Shown: positions 1 through 9,194 of the stretch, piece after piece | How the letters are laid out: every line of letters begins with the position of its first letter | Position numbering within the stretch: the first letter of the stretch is position 1 | DNA from: Bacillales bacterium | Lineage (GTDB): Bacteria > Bacillota_I > Bacilli_A > RF39 > UBA660 | Length of the DNA stretch: 64,000 bases | Direction of reading: 5' to 3' | Assembly (NCBI GenBank): GCA_016282155.1 | Contig: JAEEJY010000005.1 | Span: forward strand, 10,656 to 74,655 | The notes under the pieces: generated by a model | Databases searched by the model: none | What the model was told of the DNA's origin: nothing | The model's input: the letters and a program-made list of their open reading frames with translations, nothing else | Translations under genes and position numbers: made by a program

Positions 1-194
1 GCTCCATCATTACAAATTAGATAGTCATATTTAATATTATGCTTTTCGATTTCTGGTTTTATTAAGTAAATTGGTCTTCCGGTTGCGATTATAAATAAAT
101 TCCCTTCATCTCGAAACTTATTTACTAAGTCAACATTATTATCAATTCTATTTGTAAAAAAAGTATTATCAAAATCACTAACAAGTATTTTCAT
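1..194 (-). CDS. Cof-type HAD hydrolase (5' part, runs off window)
   Basis: Manual translation from ATG at 194: MKILVSDFDNTFF...FIIATGRP...YLICNDGA; HAD motif I DxD, ATGR and NGA-like motifs; RBS AGGTGG upstream. Confidence 0.85.
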   Translation of the reverse strand, partial: MKILVSDFDNTFFTNRIDNNVDLVNKFRDEGNLFIIATGRPIYLIKPEIEKHNIKYDYLICNDG

Positions 195-244
195 ATTACC
201 ACCTACTATATAAATTATAATATAAAGCATAAATATTTTCAAAT

Positions 245-270
245 AAAAAAAGTTAACAAATGTTAACTTT
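245..270 (-). terminator. Intrinsic terminator
   Basis: AAAGTTAACA-aa-TGTTAACTTT hairpin at the stop of ORF 270..1352, followed by a T-run on the minus strand. Confidence 0.7.
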
Positions 271-1352
271 TATTGTTGTTCAACCATTCTTACTATACCA
301 TGATTAATTAATTCTATTTCACTAACATATTTTGTTCTTAAAGCATCTTTGATAGGTATTTCGATTCCTTTACCAAATAAAATTATTTTATCTAAATCAG
401 CACATGTTACATAATATGCTTCCTCATTAAATTCAAATACTATTTGTTCTTCATCTAAACAGAAATCAGATGTATCAAATACATCAAAGTCTCCTACATG
501 ACCTAAATATAAATATTCATTAAATTTCTCATCAGTATAACGTTTATTAATTGTATCTAAAGAAGTTTTCTTGATATTTCCATATATTTCATTAATCTTA
601 TTAATTGTAAAATTGTATGTTCTTCCATCTACGATAAAATTAACTTCGTTAGCATCATCTATTAAATGTAGTAGTGTTGCTGCATCATATTCAATAGTTG
701 CGATAAATGAATCCATTTCTTTCATATATAGATTTATTGTATATGGTTCAGCATGAGTATCAATAGTATAAGAACTTATATACTTAGAAGTTTGTAAATA
801 CTTAAATGTTTTTACTATTCTTGAACTCTTAATACTTATACCTCTAAATTCTTCTAAAGAAGAGAATTTATCTTTAATAACACTTGTAGTTGGTATTAAG
901 AATAAATATGGGATTAAAAATACAATTAGTAATACTTTTAAAATGTTCTTTTTTTGTTTATCAATATTATATTTTTTAATAATCTTATTTATTAAGAAAG
1001 TTCCTACTGTTACACTTATAAGTACAGCAATTACAGCATAAATAAATGAAGTTGGCTTACTATATAAATTTTTCTCAAGAGGAATTATTAAACCATTTTT
1101 AATACTATTATTATAATTAAATAATTCAGTTGCGATAAATAAAGCAAAAGTAATTATATTAGTTAAAATATAAACTAAGAATATTTTTAAACTACTCTTT
1201 ATATTAAAAACTTCTTTATTATAATTTGTAAATATATATAGTATTCCTATTGTTAAGATAGTTAAAATAATATTATATGATAAAGTTACAAATAAAATTG
1301 GTGGGACAAAAAGCAATATCCATATTGGTAAAAAAGCATACATCTTTTTCAT
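270..1352 (-). CDS. Membrane protein with DUF4825-like soluble domain
   Basis: About five N-terminal hydrophobic helices; TIDTHAEPYTINLY...DAATLLHLIDDANEVNF resembles DUF4825. Confidence 0.55.
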   Translation of the reverse strand: MKKMYAFLPIWILLFVPPILFVTLSYNIILTILTIGILYIFTNYNKEVFNIKSSLKIFLVYILTNIITFALFIATELFNYNNSIKNGLIIPLEKNLYSKPTSFIYAVIAVLISVTVGTFLINKIIKKYNIDKQKKNILKVLLIVFLIPYLFLIPTTSVIKDKFSSLEEFRGISIKSSRIVKTFKYLQTSKYISSYTIDTHAEPYTINLYMKEMDSFIATIEYDAATLLHLIDDANEVNFIVDGRTYNFTINKINEIYGNIKKTSLDTINKRYTDEKFNEYLYLGHVGDFDVFDTSDFCLDEEQIVFEFNEEAYYVTCADLDKIILFGKGIEIPIKDALRTKYVSEIELINHGIVRMVEQQ

Positions 1353-1895
1353 TTAAGCACCTCTTATTATTGATATATACTTAGAACCATATTTTTTATC
1401 TTTAATAATTTCATAGTCTAAGTAATCAATACTTTCATTTTCATATTCACAGATAATAATACCGTTATCATTTAATAAGTTTAACTCTTTAATTAATTTG
1501 ATGGCAGGAGTTATAAAATTCATTTTATAAGGTGGATCTAAGAAGATAATATCAAATTTTAAATTATCTTTACTAAACTTTGTAAGTGCATCCTTAAAAT
1601 CACTTTTTAAAATATTTACATCTTCTGTCATTCTTAATTCTTTAACATTCTTTTTTAAAGTATCAGTTACCTTAAAATTATTATCAACAAAATAAATGCT
1701 TTTAGCACCATTACTTATAAGTTCAAAACCTATACTACCAGAACCGGCAAATAAATCTAAGCAAACACTATCAGTTATTTTGTTTTGAATCATTGCAATC
1801 ATTGATTCTTTGACTCTATCCATAGTAGGTCTAGTACCATCAATATTATATCCCTCTACCTTACGGCCTTTATATTTACCACTTATAATACGCAT
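1353..1895 (-). CDS. rsmD: 16S rRNA m2G966 methyltransferase
   Basis: MRIISGKYKGR, TRPTMDRVKES, LDLFAGSG, DIIFLDPPY. Confidence 0.95.
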   Translation of the reverse strand: MRIISGKYKGRKVEGYNIDGTRPTMDRVKESMIAMIQNKITDSVCLDLFAGSGSIGFELISNGAKSIYFVDNNFKVTDTLKKNVKELRMTEDVNILKSDFKDALTKFSKDNLKFDIIFLDPPYKMNFITPAIKLIKELNLLNDNGIIICEYENESIDYLDYEIIKDKKYGSKYISIIRGA

Positions 1896-1973
1896 ATTAT
1901 CACCTATCTAATTATACCAAAAAAAGACTAATAATTTAATCTTTTTTACAAAAAAATAAGAGACATAAGTCTC

Positions 1974-2849
1974 TTATCCATTAATTTGTTTAGCTACTTC
2001 TTCAGCAAAGTTTTCTTCTCTTTTTTCCATTCCTTCGCCTACTTCATAACGAACCATAGTTACGATTGATCCACCGTTATTTTTAACATATTGACTAACA
2101 GTTTCTTTGTTTTCTGCTTTTACAAAGATTTGATCTTCTAAGCATACTTCTTCGTAATATTTTTTAACTTTACCAACTAAGATTCCTTCGATTCTATCTT
2201 CAGGTTTACCTTCGTTTAGTAATTGTTCTTTCATAATAGCTTTTTCTTTTTCAAGTACATCAGTTGGAACATCACTTGATTTAACATAGCTTGGTCTCAT
2301 AGCAGCTGCATGCATAGAAACTTCTTTAGCAACTTCACTATTTGCACCATCTAATACTGTTAAAACAGCAATCTTTCCACCCATATGGATGTATTCTCCA
2401 AATGATTCATTATCATTCTTAACGATTCTTTCGAATCTTCTGAAAGATAATTTTTCTCCGATTTTAGCAGTTTTAGCAACAACTAAATCTTCAACAGTTC
2501 CATTTGATGATGGTAATTTCATAGCTTCTTCCATTGTAGAAACTTCGTTATCTACAATAATTTTACCTATTTCTTTTACCATATCAGTAAATTCACTATT
2601 CTTAGCAACGAAATCAGTTTCTGAGTTGATTTCAATTATTGAAGCTACATTTCCTTCAATAGTAATGTATGCTAATCCTTCAGCTGCAATTCTGTCAGCT
2701 TTTTTAGCGGCTTTTGAAATACCTTTTTCTCTTAACCAATCTACTGCGGCATTCATGTCACCATTAGTTGCTTCTAAGGCTTTTTTACAATCCATCATAC
2801 CAGCACCAGTAGATTCTCTTAATTCTTTTACTTGACTTGCTGTAATCAT
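1974..2849 (-). CDS. tsf: Elongation factor Ts
   Basis: VKELRESTGAGMMDCKKAL, EINSETDFVAKN; directly downstream of rpsB. Confidence 0.98.
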   Translation of the reverse strand: MITASQVKELRESTGAGMMDCKKALEATNGDMNAAVDWLREKGISKAAKKADRIAAEGLAYITIEGNVASIIEINSETDFVAKNSEFTDMVKEIGKIIVDNEVSTMEEAMKLPSSNGTVEDLVVAKTAKIGEKLSFRRFERIVKNDNESFGEYIHMGGKIAVLTVLDGANSEVAKEVSMHAAAMRPSYVKSSDVPTDVLEKEKAIMKEQLLNEGKPEDRIEGILVGKVKKYYEEVCLEDQIFVKAENKETVSQYVKNNGGSIVTMVRYEVGEGMEKREENFAEEVAKQING

Positions 2850-2900
2850 ATTAATTTCCCTTTCTAGAAATAAAGATGATTATAAAATCATCTTATAGAT

Positions 2901-3911
2901 TTATTTTAAAGCATCAATTAATTCTGCTTTTTTCATTGTTGAATAACCTTTAACGTCTTTAGCTTTTGCAAGTTCTCTTAATTCAGCAACTGTTTTAGTT
3001 GATAAATCAACTTCGGCTTTTTTAGCAGGTGCTTTTTTTGGAGCTTCTTTAGCTTCGGCTACAGGTTTTTTAGTTTCTTCTTTTTTAACTGGTTCTTTTA
3101 CTTCTTTTCTTGGAGCTTTTACTTCTTTTTTGTTATTTGGTTTTTTATCTTCTTTTCTTTTAACTGTTTCTAATGCTTTTTGCATAATATCAGTTGGTTG
3201 TTTTTCATCAGATACATAGTTAACGATTTGTCCACCTTGAGCTTCACAAATAGCATTTGCTAAAACTCCTAGAATTAATTTTACTGAACGAATAGCATCG
3301 TCATTACCTGGAATTACATAATCAACCATATCTGGATCACAGTTAGTATCTACGATACCAAATACAGGAATTCCTAATCTTCTTGCTTCTCTAATAGCGA
3401 TTTCTTCTTTAGAAGGATCAACTATAATCATAGCATCTGGTAATTTGTGCATTCCTCTAATACCTGATAATAAAACGTTTAATTTTTCATATTCTTTCTT
3501 TAAACCAATAACTTCTTTTTTAGGTAGTACATCAAATGTACCATCTTTTTCCATTTTTTCGATTTCTTCTAAACGACGAACTCTTCTTCTAATTGTTTTG
3601 AAGTTTGTTAAAGTTCCACCTAACCATCTTTGGTTAACGTAGAAAGAATTACTTCTTGTAGCTTCTTCTTTACTAGCTTCTACAGCTTGTTTTTTAGTTC
3701 CTACAAATAAAACCTTTCCACCATTTTCTGCGATAGCTTTTAAAGCAGCATAAGCTTCTTCAATCATCTTAGCAGTTTTTTGTAAATCAATAATATAAAT
3801 ATCATCTCTTGAAGTAAAGATGTATTCTTTCATTTTTGGATTCCATCTTTTTGTTTGATGTCCAAAATGAACGCCAGCTTCTAATAAATAATTCATTGAA
3901 ACGACTGTCAT
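2901..3911 (-). CDS. rpsB: 30S ribosomal protein S2 with Lys/Glu/Ala-rich linker and C-terminal Rho_N-like helical domain
   Basis: [39 protein letters not shown]; start moved to ATG 3911 (RBS AAGGAGG). Confidence 0.97.
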   Translation of the reverse strand: MTVVSMNYLLEAGVHFGHQTKRWNPKMKEYIFTSRDDIYIIDLQKTAKMIEEAYAALKAIAENGGKVLFVGTKKQAVEASKEEATRSNSFYVNQRWLGGTLTNFKTIRRRVRRLEEIEKMEKDGTFDVLPKKEVIGLKKEYEKLNVLLSGIRGMHKLPDAMIIVDPSKEEIAIREARRLGIPVFGIVDTNCDPDMVDYVIPGNDDAIRSVKLILGVLANAICEAQGGQIVNYVSDEKQPTDIMQKALETVKRKEDKKPNNKKEVKAPRKEVKEPVKKEETKKPVAEAKEAPKKAPAKKAEVDLSTKTVAELRELAKAKDVKGYSTMKKAELIDALK

Positions 3912-4003
3912 ATTTTTTCCTCCTTTTGTTATTTCCTCTGAATACGTCATCTTTTTATACCACCTATTGGCACCGATATAAAAATCAGTATTCATGTGTA
4001 TTA
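3912..4003 (-). promoter_or_regulatory. Probable rpsB 5' leader (S2 autoregulatory RNA)
   Basis: Minus strand ACACATGAATACTGATTTTTATATC...GGTATAAAAAGATGACGTATTCAGAGG forms a long hairpin (TGAATAC/GTATTCA, TTTTTATA/TATAAAAA) ahead of the RBS, resembling Firmicute rpsB leaders. Confidence 0.65.
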
Positions 4004-4054
4004 AAAAAGCCATTAATATTATAACATATTAATGACTATTTGCAACAGTTTTTT

Positions 4055-4825
4055 CTAATAATCCGATAAGCTATTATCTGGATATTTCATAATATATTGT
4101 CTTGCTTTTTCTGTACATGCTTTAGCATCCATTAAGTTATCTCTAAGATAAATACGGCGATAATAATATTTCATATCATTTAGACCAAATATAGTAATTT
4201 CTGGATTATCAATTACATGATGATTAACATAGAAATTACGTATTGCCTTTTTGTCTTTTTCACTAATAATAGTTTCTTTACCATTATCCATATTTACAAA
4301 GTTATAAAAGTTATCACTCTTTATGCATACGTAAGTAGCATCATTATCTTCAATATTTTGAAAAGCTTTATATTGAAGATACGAAGTATCGCTATAGCAT
4401 TCTTTAGTTGCTTCTTCAAGGAATGCTTTATTAGCTAAATATTCCTTAACTGTTTTTTCTTTAAGTAATTCTTGTTTTCTTTGATATAACTCTTTTAATT
4501 TGGCTTTACGATCTTCTTTTAGTATTTCTACATTCTCAACATATTCATATACTTCACCAAAGTTTTCAACTAGTGATTCATCTTTGGTTTGAATATACTC
4601 ACGAACTTTTTCTTCGTTTTTTAATTCTTCTAGTTCCTTTTCTTTCTTTTCAAAGTAATATTCATCACTATAATAATTAATTAAATCTTCTACTTCAAAA
4701 TATTCTCTTACTAATGGATCATGTTCTAAAACACATTCTTTATCTTGCGCATCAAATATTTTCTTTCTCAATGCGCAATAATATTCATAATTTTTTCTTA
4801 CAGTATTAAGATTATCTTGATTCAT
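4055..4825 (-). CDS. Hypothetical protein, Glu/Lys-rich helical
   Basis: 256-aa ORF with internal quasi-repeat (E..VREY); no motif recognised. Confidence 0.6.
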   Translation of the reverse strand: MNQDNLNTVRKNYEYYCALRKKIFDAQDKECVLEHDPLVREYFEVEDLINYYSDEYYFEKKEKELEELKNEEKVREYIQTKDESLVENFGEVYEYVENVEILKEDRKAKLKELYQRKQELLKEKTVKEYLANKAFLEEATKECYSDTSYLQYKAFQNIEDNDATYVCIKSDNFYNFVNMDNGKETIISEKDKKAIRNFYVNHHVIDNPEITIFGLNDMKYYYRRIYLRDNLMDAKACTEKARQYIMKYPDNSLSDY

Positions 4826-4828
4826 AAA

Positions 4829-5269
4829 TTACTTAGTTAATCTTTCTCTAATCATTTTAGAAACATTACCCATATCTGCTTTACCCTTTAATAAAGGACT
4901 TACAATACCCATTATTTTACCCATATCTGCTGGGCCTGTTGGATTTACCTTATTAAATGCATCATCGATAATTTTTTCTACTTCTTCTTCTGATAATTGA
5001 GCAGGCATATATTTAGATAAAATTTCGATTTCTCTATTTGTTGCGTCTACTAAATCTTGACGATTACCTTTTTCAAATTCAACAACTGATTCTTTTCTAG
5101 TTTTAATTTGTTTAGCAAGAATACCAATCATCTCATCATCATTTAATTCATGTTTTACATTTATCTCTTCAAGTTGAATAGCACCTTTAACACTACGTAA
5201 AACTGTTAATGTTTCTTTATCTTGGGCTTTCATAGCTGCAACTAAATCTTTTAAAATTGTTTCTCTCAT
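4829..5269 (-). CDS. yqeY: GatB/YqeY domain protein
   Basis: AAMKAQDK, KQIKTRKESVVEF, EIEILSKYMPAQLSEEE, DMGKIMG; next to rpsU. Confidence 0.93.
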   Translation of the reverse strand: MRETILKDLVAAMKAQDKETLTVLRSVKGAIQLEEINVKHELNDDEMIGILAKQIKTRKESVVEFEKGNRQDLVDATNREIEILSKYMPAQLSEEEVEKIIDDAFNKVNPTGPADMGKIMGIVSPLLKGKADMGNVSKMIRERLTK

Positions 5270-5310
5270 AAATTATATCCTCCTTTTTAGCAAAAAAGAG
5301 CCTTAAGCTC

Positions 5311-5505
5311 TTAGTTATAATTTCTATTATTTCTTCTAGCGTTTTTAATAGCTTCTTTTTTAGCAAGTCTATTCTTTACGCCTGGTTTCATATATCCTTC
5401 TTGTCTCTCACGAACTTTTTTAAGGGAGCCATCTTTAGCATTTCTTTGCTTTACCATTCTTAAAGCACCATCAACGTTACCATTACGAACTATAACTTTT
5501 GTCAT
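5311..5505 (-). CDS. rpsU: 30S ribosomal protein S21
   Basis: KVIVRNGNVDGALR...YMKPGVK; rpsU-yqeY synteny. Confidence 0.88.
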   Translation of the reverse strand: MTKVIVRNGNVDGALRMVKQRNAKDGSLKKVRERQEGYMKPGVKNRLAKKEAIKNARRNNRNYN

Positions 5506-5593
5506 CTATATCCCTCCCTTCACATCAACTATTGATATTATAGCACTTGAAAAATCAAAGTACAAGAAAAAATGTTTAATTTTAAACGTTTTT

Positions 5594-6055
5594 CTAATTA
5601 TTTTCTTTATATTTTTTATTTAATTCCGCTAATTCTTCATAAACAGCGTCACAAGTTTCTTTTAAACCTTCAAAACTAAATACATTACTCATCTCTGGTT
5701 CTATGTAACTATCTATTTCAAATTTAATATTTTCCCCTTCATAAATTCTTCTTTTACGAACTAAAGTATTATCTTTTCTATATCCTAGAAACTCTAATAT
5801 ATCTTCACAATTTTCTAAACTATCAAACTTAATTTGTTTAGATTCTTTTCTTACTATTAAATCTTTATTCTCAAGTTTATCTTCTTTAAAATCTAAATAC
5901 ATTTCATCATCTATTTTTGTAATACGAGCGATTATTCCATTATTACGATAGATTGTTCTTGTTTCATTTTGTTCTTTAACAAAGGTATATCTTTTAGAAA
6001 CAAAATCTATATATTCATCTAATTCTTTTACTCTATAGCTATACTCATATTCCAT
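5594..6055 (-). CDS. CYTH-domain protein
   Basis: N-terminal EYEY (ExE), KRRIY, FEID, FEG; start moved to ATG 6055. Confidence 0.75.
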   Translation of the reverse strand: MEYEYSYRVKELDEYIDFVSKRYTFVKEQNETRTIYRNNGIIARITKIDDEMYLDFKEDKLENKDLIVRKESKQIKFDSLENCEDILEFLGYRKDNTLVRKRRIYEGENIKFEIDSYIEPEMSNVFSFEGLKETCDAVYEELAELNKKYKENN

Positions 6056-6080
6056 ATTATCACCAGTTAAATTATAACAC

Positions 6081-6108
6081 AAAAGTAGTAGATATTTCTA
6101 TCTACTAC
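6081..6108 (-). terminator. Intrinsic terminator of peptide operon
   Basis: GTAGTAGATA-tttc-TATCTACTAC perfect 10-bp stem followed by TTTT on the minus strand. Confidence 0.8.
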
Positions 6109-6262
6109 ACATTCCTTCTTCTACTATTTGTCTTGCGTAAGTTCCTACGTAATTTCCGTACGTAAAAATTACATTTGTGATGACACCTATTAAAGGTATC
6201 GATAGAATAACTGCTAAAACAATTAATATTTCTTTAATTCTATCCTTTTTTAAAGAGAACAT
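6098..6262 (-). CDS. 54-aa leaderless membrane peptide (candidate immunity/partner protein), not in ORF track
   Basis: MFSLKKDRIKEILIVLAVILSIPLIGVITNVIFTYGNYVGTYARQIVEEGMCSR; overlaps the upstream peptide gene end and stops in the terminator. Confidence 0.65.
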   Translation of the reverse strand: MFSLKKDRIKEILIVLAVILSIPLIGVITNVIFTYGNYVGTYARQIVEEGMCSR

Positions 6263-6411
6263 ATTTTACCAGTTCCTATTCTTCTAATTGCTGTACCTAC
6301 ACTTCTTCCTAAATCAAGAAATGTATTAATACCACGCGCTATTGCGTTTATGAATGCAGCTGTTACAGCACCACCTACAATCTGTTTTAATTCTTTGTTT
6401 GTTAATTCCAT
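6250..6411 (-). CDS. Double-glycine leader peptide precursor 2 (bacteriocin/pheromone-like), not in ORF track
   Basis: MELTNKELKQIVGG|AVTAAFINAIARGINTFLDLGRSVGTAIRRIGTGKICSL; RBS AGGAGG. Confidence 0.88.
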   Translation of the reverse strand: MELTNKELKQIVGGAVTAAFINAIARGINTFLDLGRSVGTAIRRIGTGKICSL

Positions 6412-6419
6412 AAATCCTC

Positions 6420-6557
6420 CTAACGACATTTAAGTGGTCTTACATACCCATCAATTACACCAATTATAAATATAACAATTCCTGCGACTAATAGATATGT
6501 TCCAAGTGCACCACCATTAATTTGTTTTAATTCTTGTGTTGTTAACTCTTTCATCAT
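6420..6557 (-). CDS. Double-glycine leader peptide precursor 1 (class IIb bacteriocin-like), not in ORF track
   Basis: MMKELTTQELKQINGG|ALGTYLLVAGIVIFIIGVIDGYVRPLKCR; ATGA overlap with the upstream gene. Confidence 0.88.
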   Translation of the reverse strand: MMKELTTQELKQINGGALGTYLLVAGIVIFIIGVIDGYVRPLKCR

Positions 6558-6964
6558 TTAAAACCTTTCCATATTTTTTTGATAATTTCACTATATAAAT
6601 TAGTGTTTTCTCTTAACGTATAAAAAGAAACTATACGATCTTTAATATTATTACTGCTTTTAATTACAAGTTCATACATTCCCTCTTTATAATTAAGATT
6701 AATTAGTTCATATTTAAGCCTTTTATCAGCATAATAAACATTATTATTTGTGAATGTTTCTAAATCATCTTGTTTAAGATTTAGATATATATAGTTATCT
6801 TTTAAATAGCCAATATAATTATTCTTTTTATCAAACTTATATAAAACTATATAAGTCGTGGTAACTAGGAAAATAATATATAATATTAAGAATTTTAGAT
6901 ATATTTTTTCTTCCTTTTTTAATAAAACTTCTTCACTATTATTATAAATATCAATCTTATCCAT
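6554..6964 (-). CDS. Single-TM accessory protein of peptide exporter (reduced ComB/LcnD-like position)
   Basis: One TM helix; overlaps the ABC transporter stop and the first peptide start. Confidence 0.55.
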   Translation of the reverse strand: MDKIDIYNNSEEVLLKKEEKIYLKFLILYIIFLVTTTYIVLYKFDKKNNYIGYLKDNYIYLNLKQDDLETFTNNNVYYADKRLKYELINLNYKEGMYELVIKSSNNIKDRIVSFYTLRENTNLYSEIIKKIWKGFK

Positions 6965-8993
6965 TTAGTAAAACACCATCTTCTAATTTTATAATTTTAC
7001 TGAATAAATCATGATTATTATCTCTATGTGATACAAATATAAAAGTTTTATCTTTATAGTAAGTAAATATATTTTTTAATATCATACGTTCTAATTCAAT
7101 ATCTACTTGGCTTAATCCTTCATCAATTAAAATAACATCACTATTTTTAAGTAAGGCACGAGCTAAAACAATACGTTGTTTTTCACCACCCGAAATATTA
7201 AAACCATTCTCCTCAATTACCATATTATAACCTAAATCATTATTCTTTATGATTTCATCAACATAACACATTTTAATAACATTTCTAACATCATCACTAT
7301 CATAAATACCAATATTATTAATTAAAGTATCTGTAAATAAAGTTTCGTTTTGGGATATATAAGTAATCTTTTCTTTTAAATTACTTACATCATTTATATC
7401 TAAGTTGTCTAACTTTATTACATCTCTTTTTACTTTCAAGTAGCCCATCAATATCTTTAAAAGTGTAGACTTACCAGATCCTGATTTTCCTAGAAGTAAA
7501 ATCTTTTCTCCCTTTTTAATATTCAAGTTAATATTTTTTAAAATAATGGATTCATTTAAATTTAAAGATAGATTATTTATAGATATATCATCTAGATTTT
7601 CTATCTTAAAAGTTTTTTCTTCCCTACTTGAAAACATTTCATATACTTTCTTTAAAACTCTTTTAGCCTCAATTAAGCTTACATCTAAATCAACAATATT
7701 TCTTACAGGAGCGTGAAAAAAAACTAAAATGGAGTTAAAGGCGAGTAACGAACCGACGCTTAATGAATTATTACTTACTAGTTTAACACCAATAAAAAAT
7801 AATATAAGTTCACTAGTTATACTTACTAGTTCCTTTAGATGTATCTGGATATTTAAAAAATTATCCATATTAATTAAAGCTTTTAAATATCTTACATATC
7901 TATTTTCATATCTTTTGATAATTTTATCTTCGACATTAAGATTTTTAACTGTTTCAAAGCCACTTATGCTTTCTTCTAAAAAAGAAGCAACTTCACTTTT
8001 ATTTTGATAGACATTTTCAGTCTTGGAGGCGATTATTCTTTTACATAAGAATATTATAATTACATATAATATTAAGAATAATAAGGAGATAAAAAATAAT
8101 TTATAACTAATAATAATTAAAATTAAAGCAGAAACCAAAGTAAGTGGAACATCTAAAAACATAATTAATATTACTTTATTAATAATATTTCTTACTTTAT
8201 CTAAGTCCATTATTTTAGTTACAACTTCACCTGTTGTACGGTTACGATAATAATGATATGGGAGGTTAATAACTTTATTGATTGCGTCCATATTAAGTTC
8301 TAAATCTATTTTTTCATTAATAAAAATTAATAATTTATTTCTTAAATAATCACTAATAATTTTAAATAAATTAAAACTTAAAAAAGCCCAAAAGATCAAA
8401 TCTATATAACTATGGTCATCAATATTATCAAAAAGGATTTTTAAGTAAAATGAAGTCCCTACAGAAAGGATCATATAAATAAACGAAATAAAAAATAAAT
8501 GAGACAATTCTTTGTGATATTTTTTTATAATATTTAAAATTAATTTTTTTAGAGATACTTCATTATTCTTAATTATAGGTTTAACAGGATATAAAAATAT
8601 CGCAACATCAGAATAGATTTTTTCTAGTTCAAAGAAAGTAATCTTTCTTACTTTAGTAGCAGGATCTCCTACTATTAAATATTTCTTTTTAAAATTAATT
8701 TTGTAAACAACCATAAAGTGTTTATACTTATCATCAATTACAACATAAATGATAAAGGGATATATTGTATTGACTTCTGACATTTCTTTTAAAGGTGCTC
8801 TTACACCTCTAGCGTTAAATCCTAATTTTTTAGCTACTTCAATAATATTAAAGGCAGTAGTACCATTTTTTGTTGTATGTAACAGTTCATTTAAATCATC
8901 AATTGATACATACCCGTTATAATATTTTATAATCATTTGTAGTGATGCTGACGCACAATCTTTAACACCACTTTGCTTTGTATGTGGATACAT
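6957..8993 (-). CDS. Peptidase C39-containing ABC transporter (ComA/LagD type)
   Basis: QSGVKDCASASL (Cys), HFMVVY (His), GDPA; TM domain; GKSGSGKST, ISGGEKQR, ILIDE. Confidence 0.95.
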   Translation of the reverse strand: MYPHTKQSGVKDCASASLQMIIKYYNGYVSIDDLNELLHTTKNGTTAFNIIEVAKKLGFNARGVRAPLKEMSEVNTIYPFIIYVVIDDKYKHFMVVYKINFKKKYLIVGDPATKVRKITFFELEKIYSDVAIFLYPVKPIIKNNEVSLKKLILNIIKKYHKELSHLFFISFIYMILSVGTSFYLKILFDNIDDHSYIDLIFWAFLSFNLFKIISDYLRNKLLIFINEKIDLELNMDAINKVINLPYHYYRNRTTGEVVTKIMDLDKVRNIINKVILIMFLDVPLTLVSALILIIISYKLFFISLLFLILYVIIIFLCKRIIASKTENVYQNKSEVASFLEESISGFETVKNLNVEDKIIKRYENRYVRYLKALINMDNFLNIQIHLKELVSITSELILFFIGVKLVSNNSLSVGSLLAFNSILVFFHAPVRNIVDLDVSLIEAKRVLKKVYEMFSSREEKTFKIENLDDISINNLSLNLNESIILKNINLNIKKGEKILLLGKSGSGKSTLLKILMGYLKVKRDVIKLDNLDINDVSNLKEKITYISQNETLFTDTLINNIGIYDSDDVRNVIKMCYVDEIIKNNDLGYNMVIEENGFNISGGEKQRIVLARALLKNSDVILIDEGLSQVDIELERMILKNIFTYYKDKTFIFVSHRDNNHDLFSKIIKLEDGVLLNG

Positions 8994-9194
8994 ATTATTA
9001 CCTCCTACTTATAACATACAAAGTATTTTTCTGATTTCCTTTTTATTTTTTTAACTTTTTTAGGTTTTGCAAAAGTTATATTTTTACTTATTTATAAAAA
9101 CAAAAAAATAGTAAAATGTTTAAATCTTACTATTTTTTATTTATAAATATATTTAATTTTAAAAATTTAGTTTTTCTTATAAAATTTTTATATT

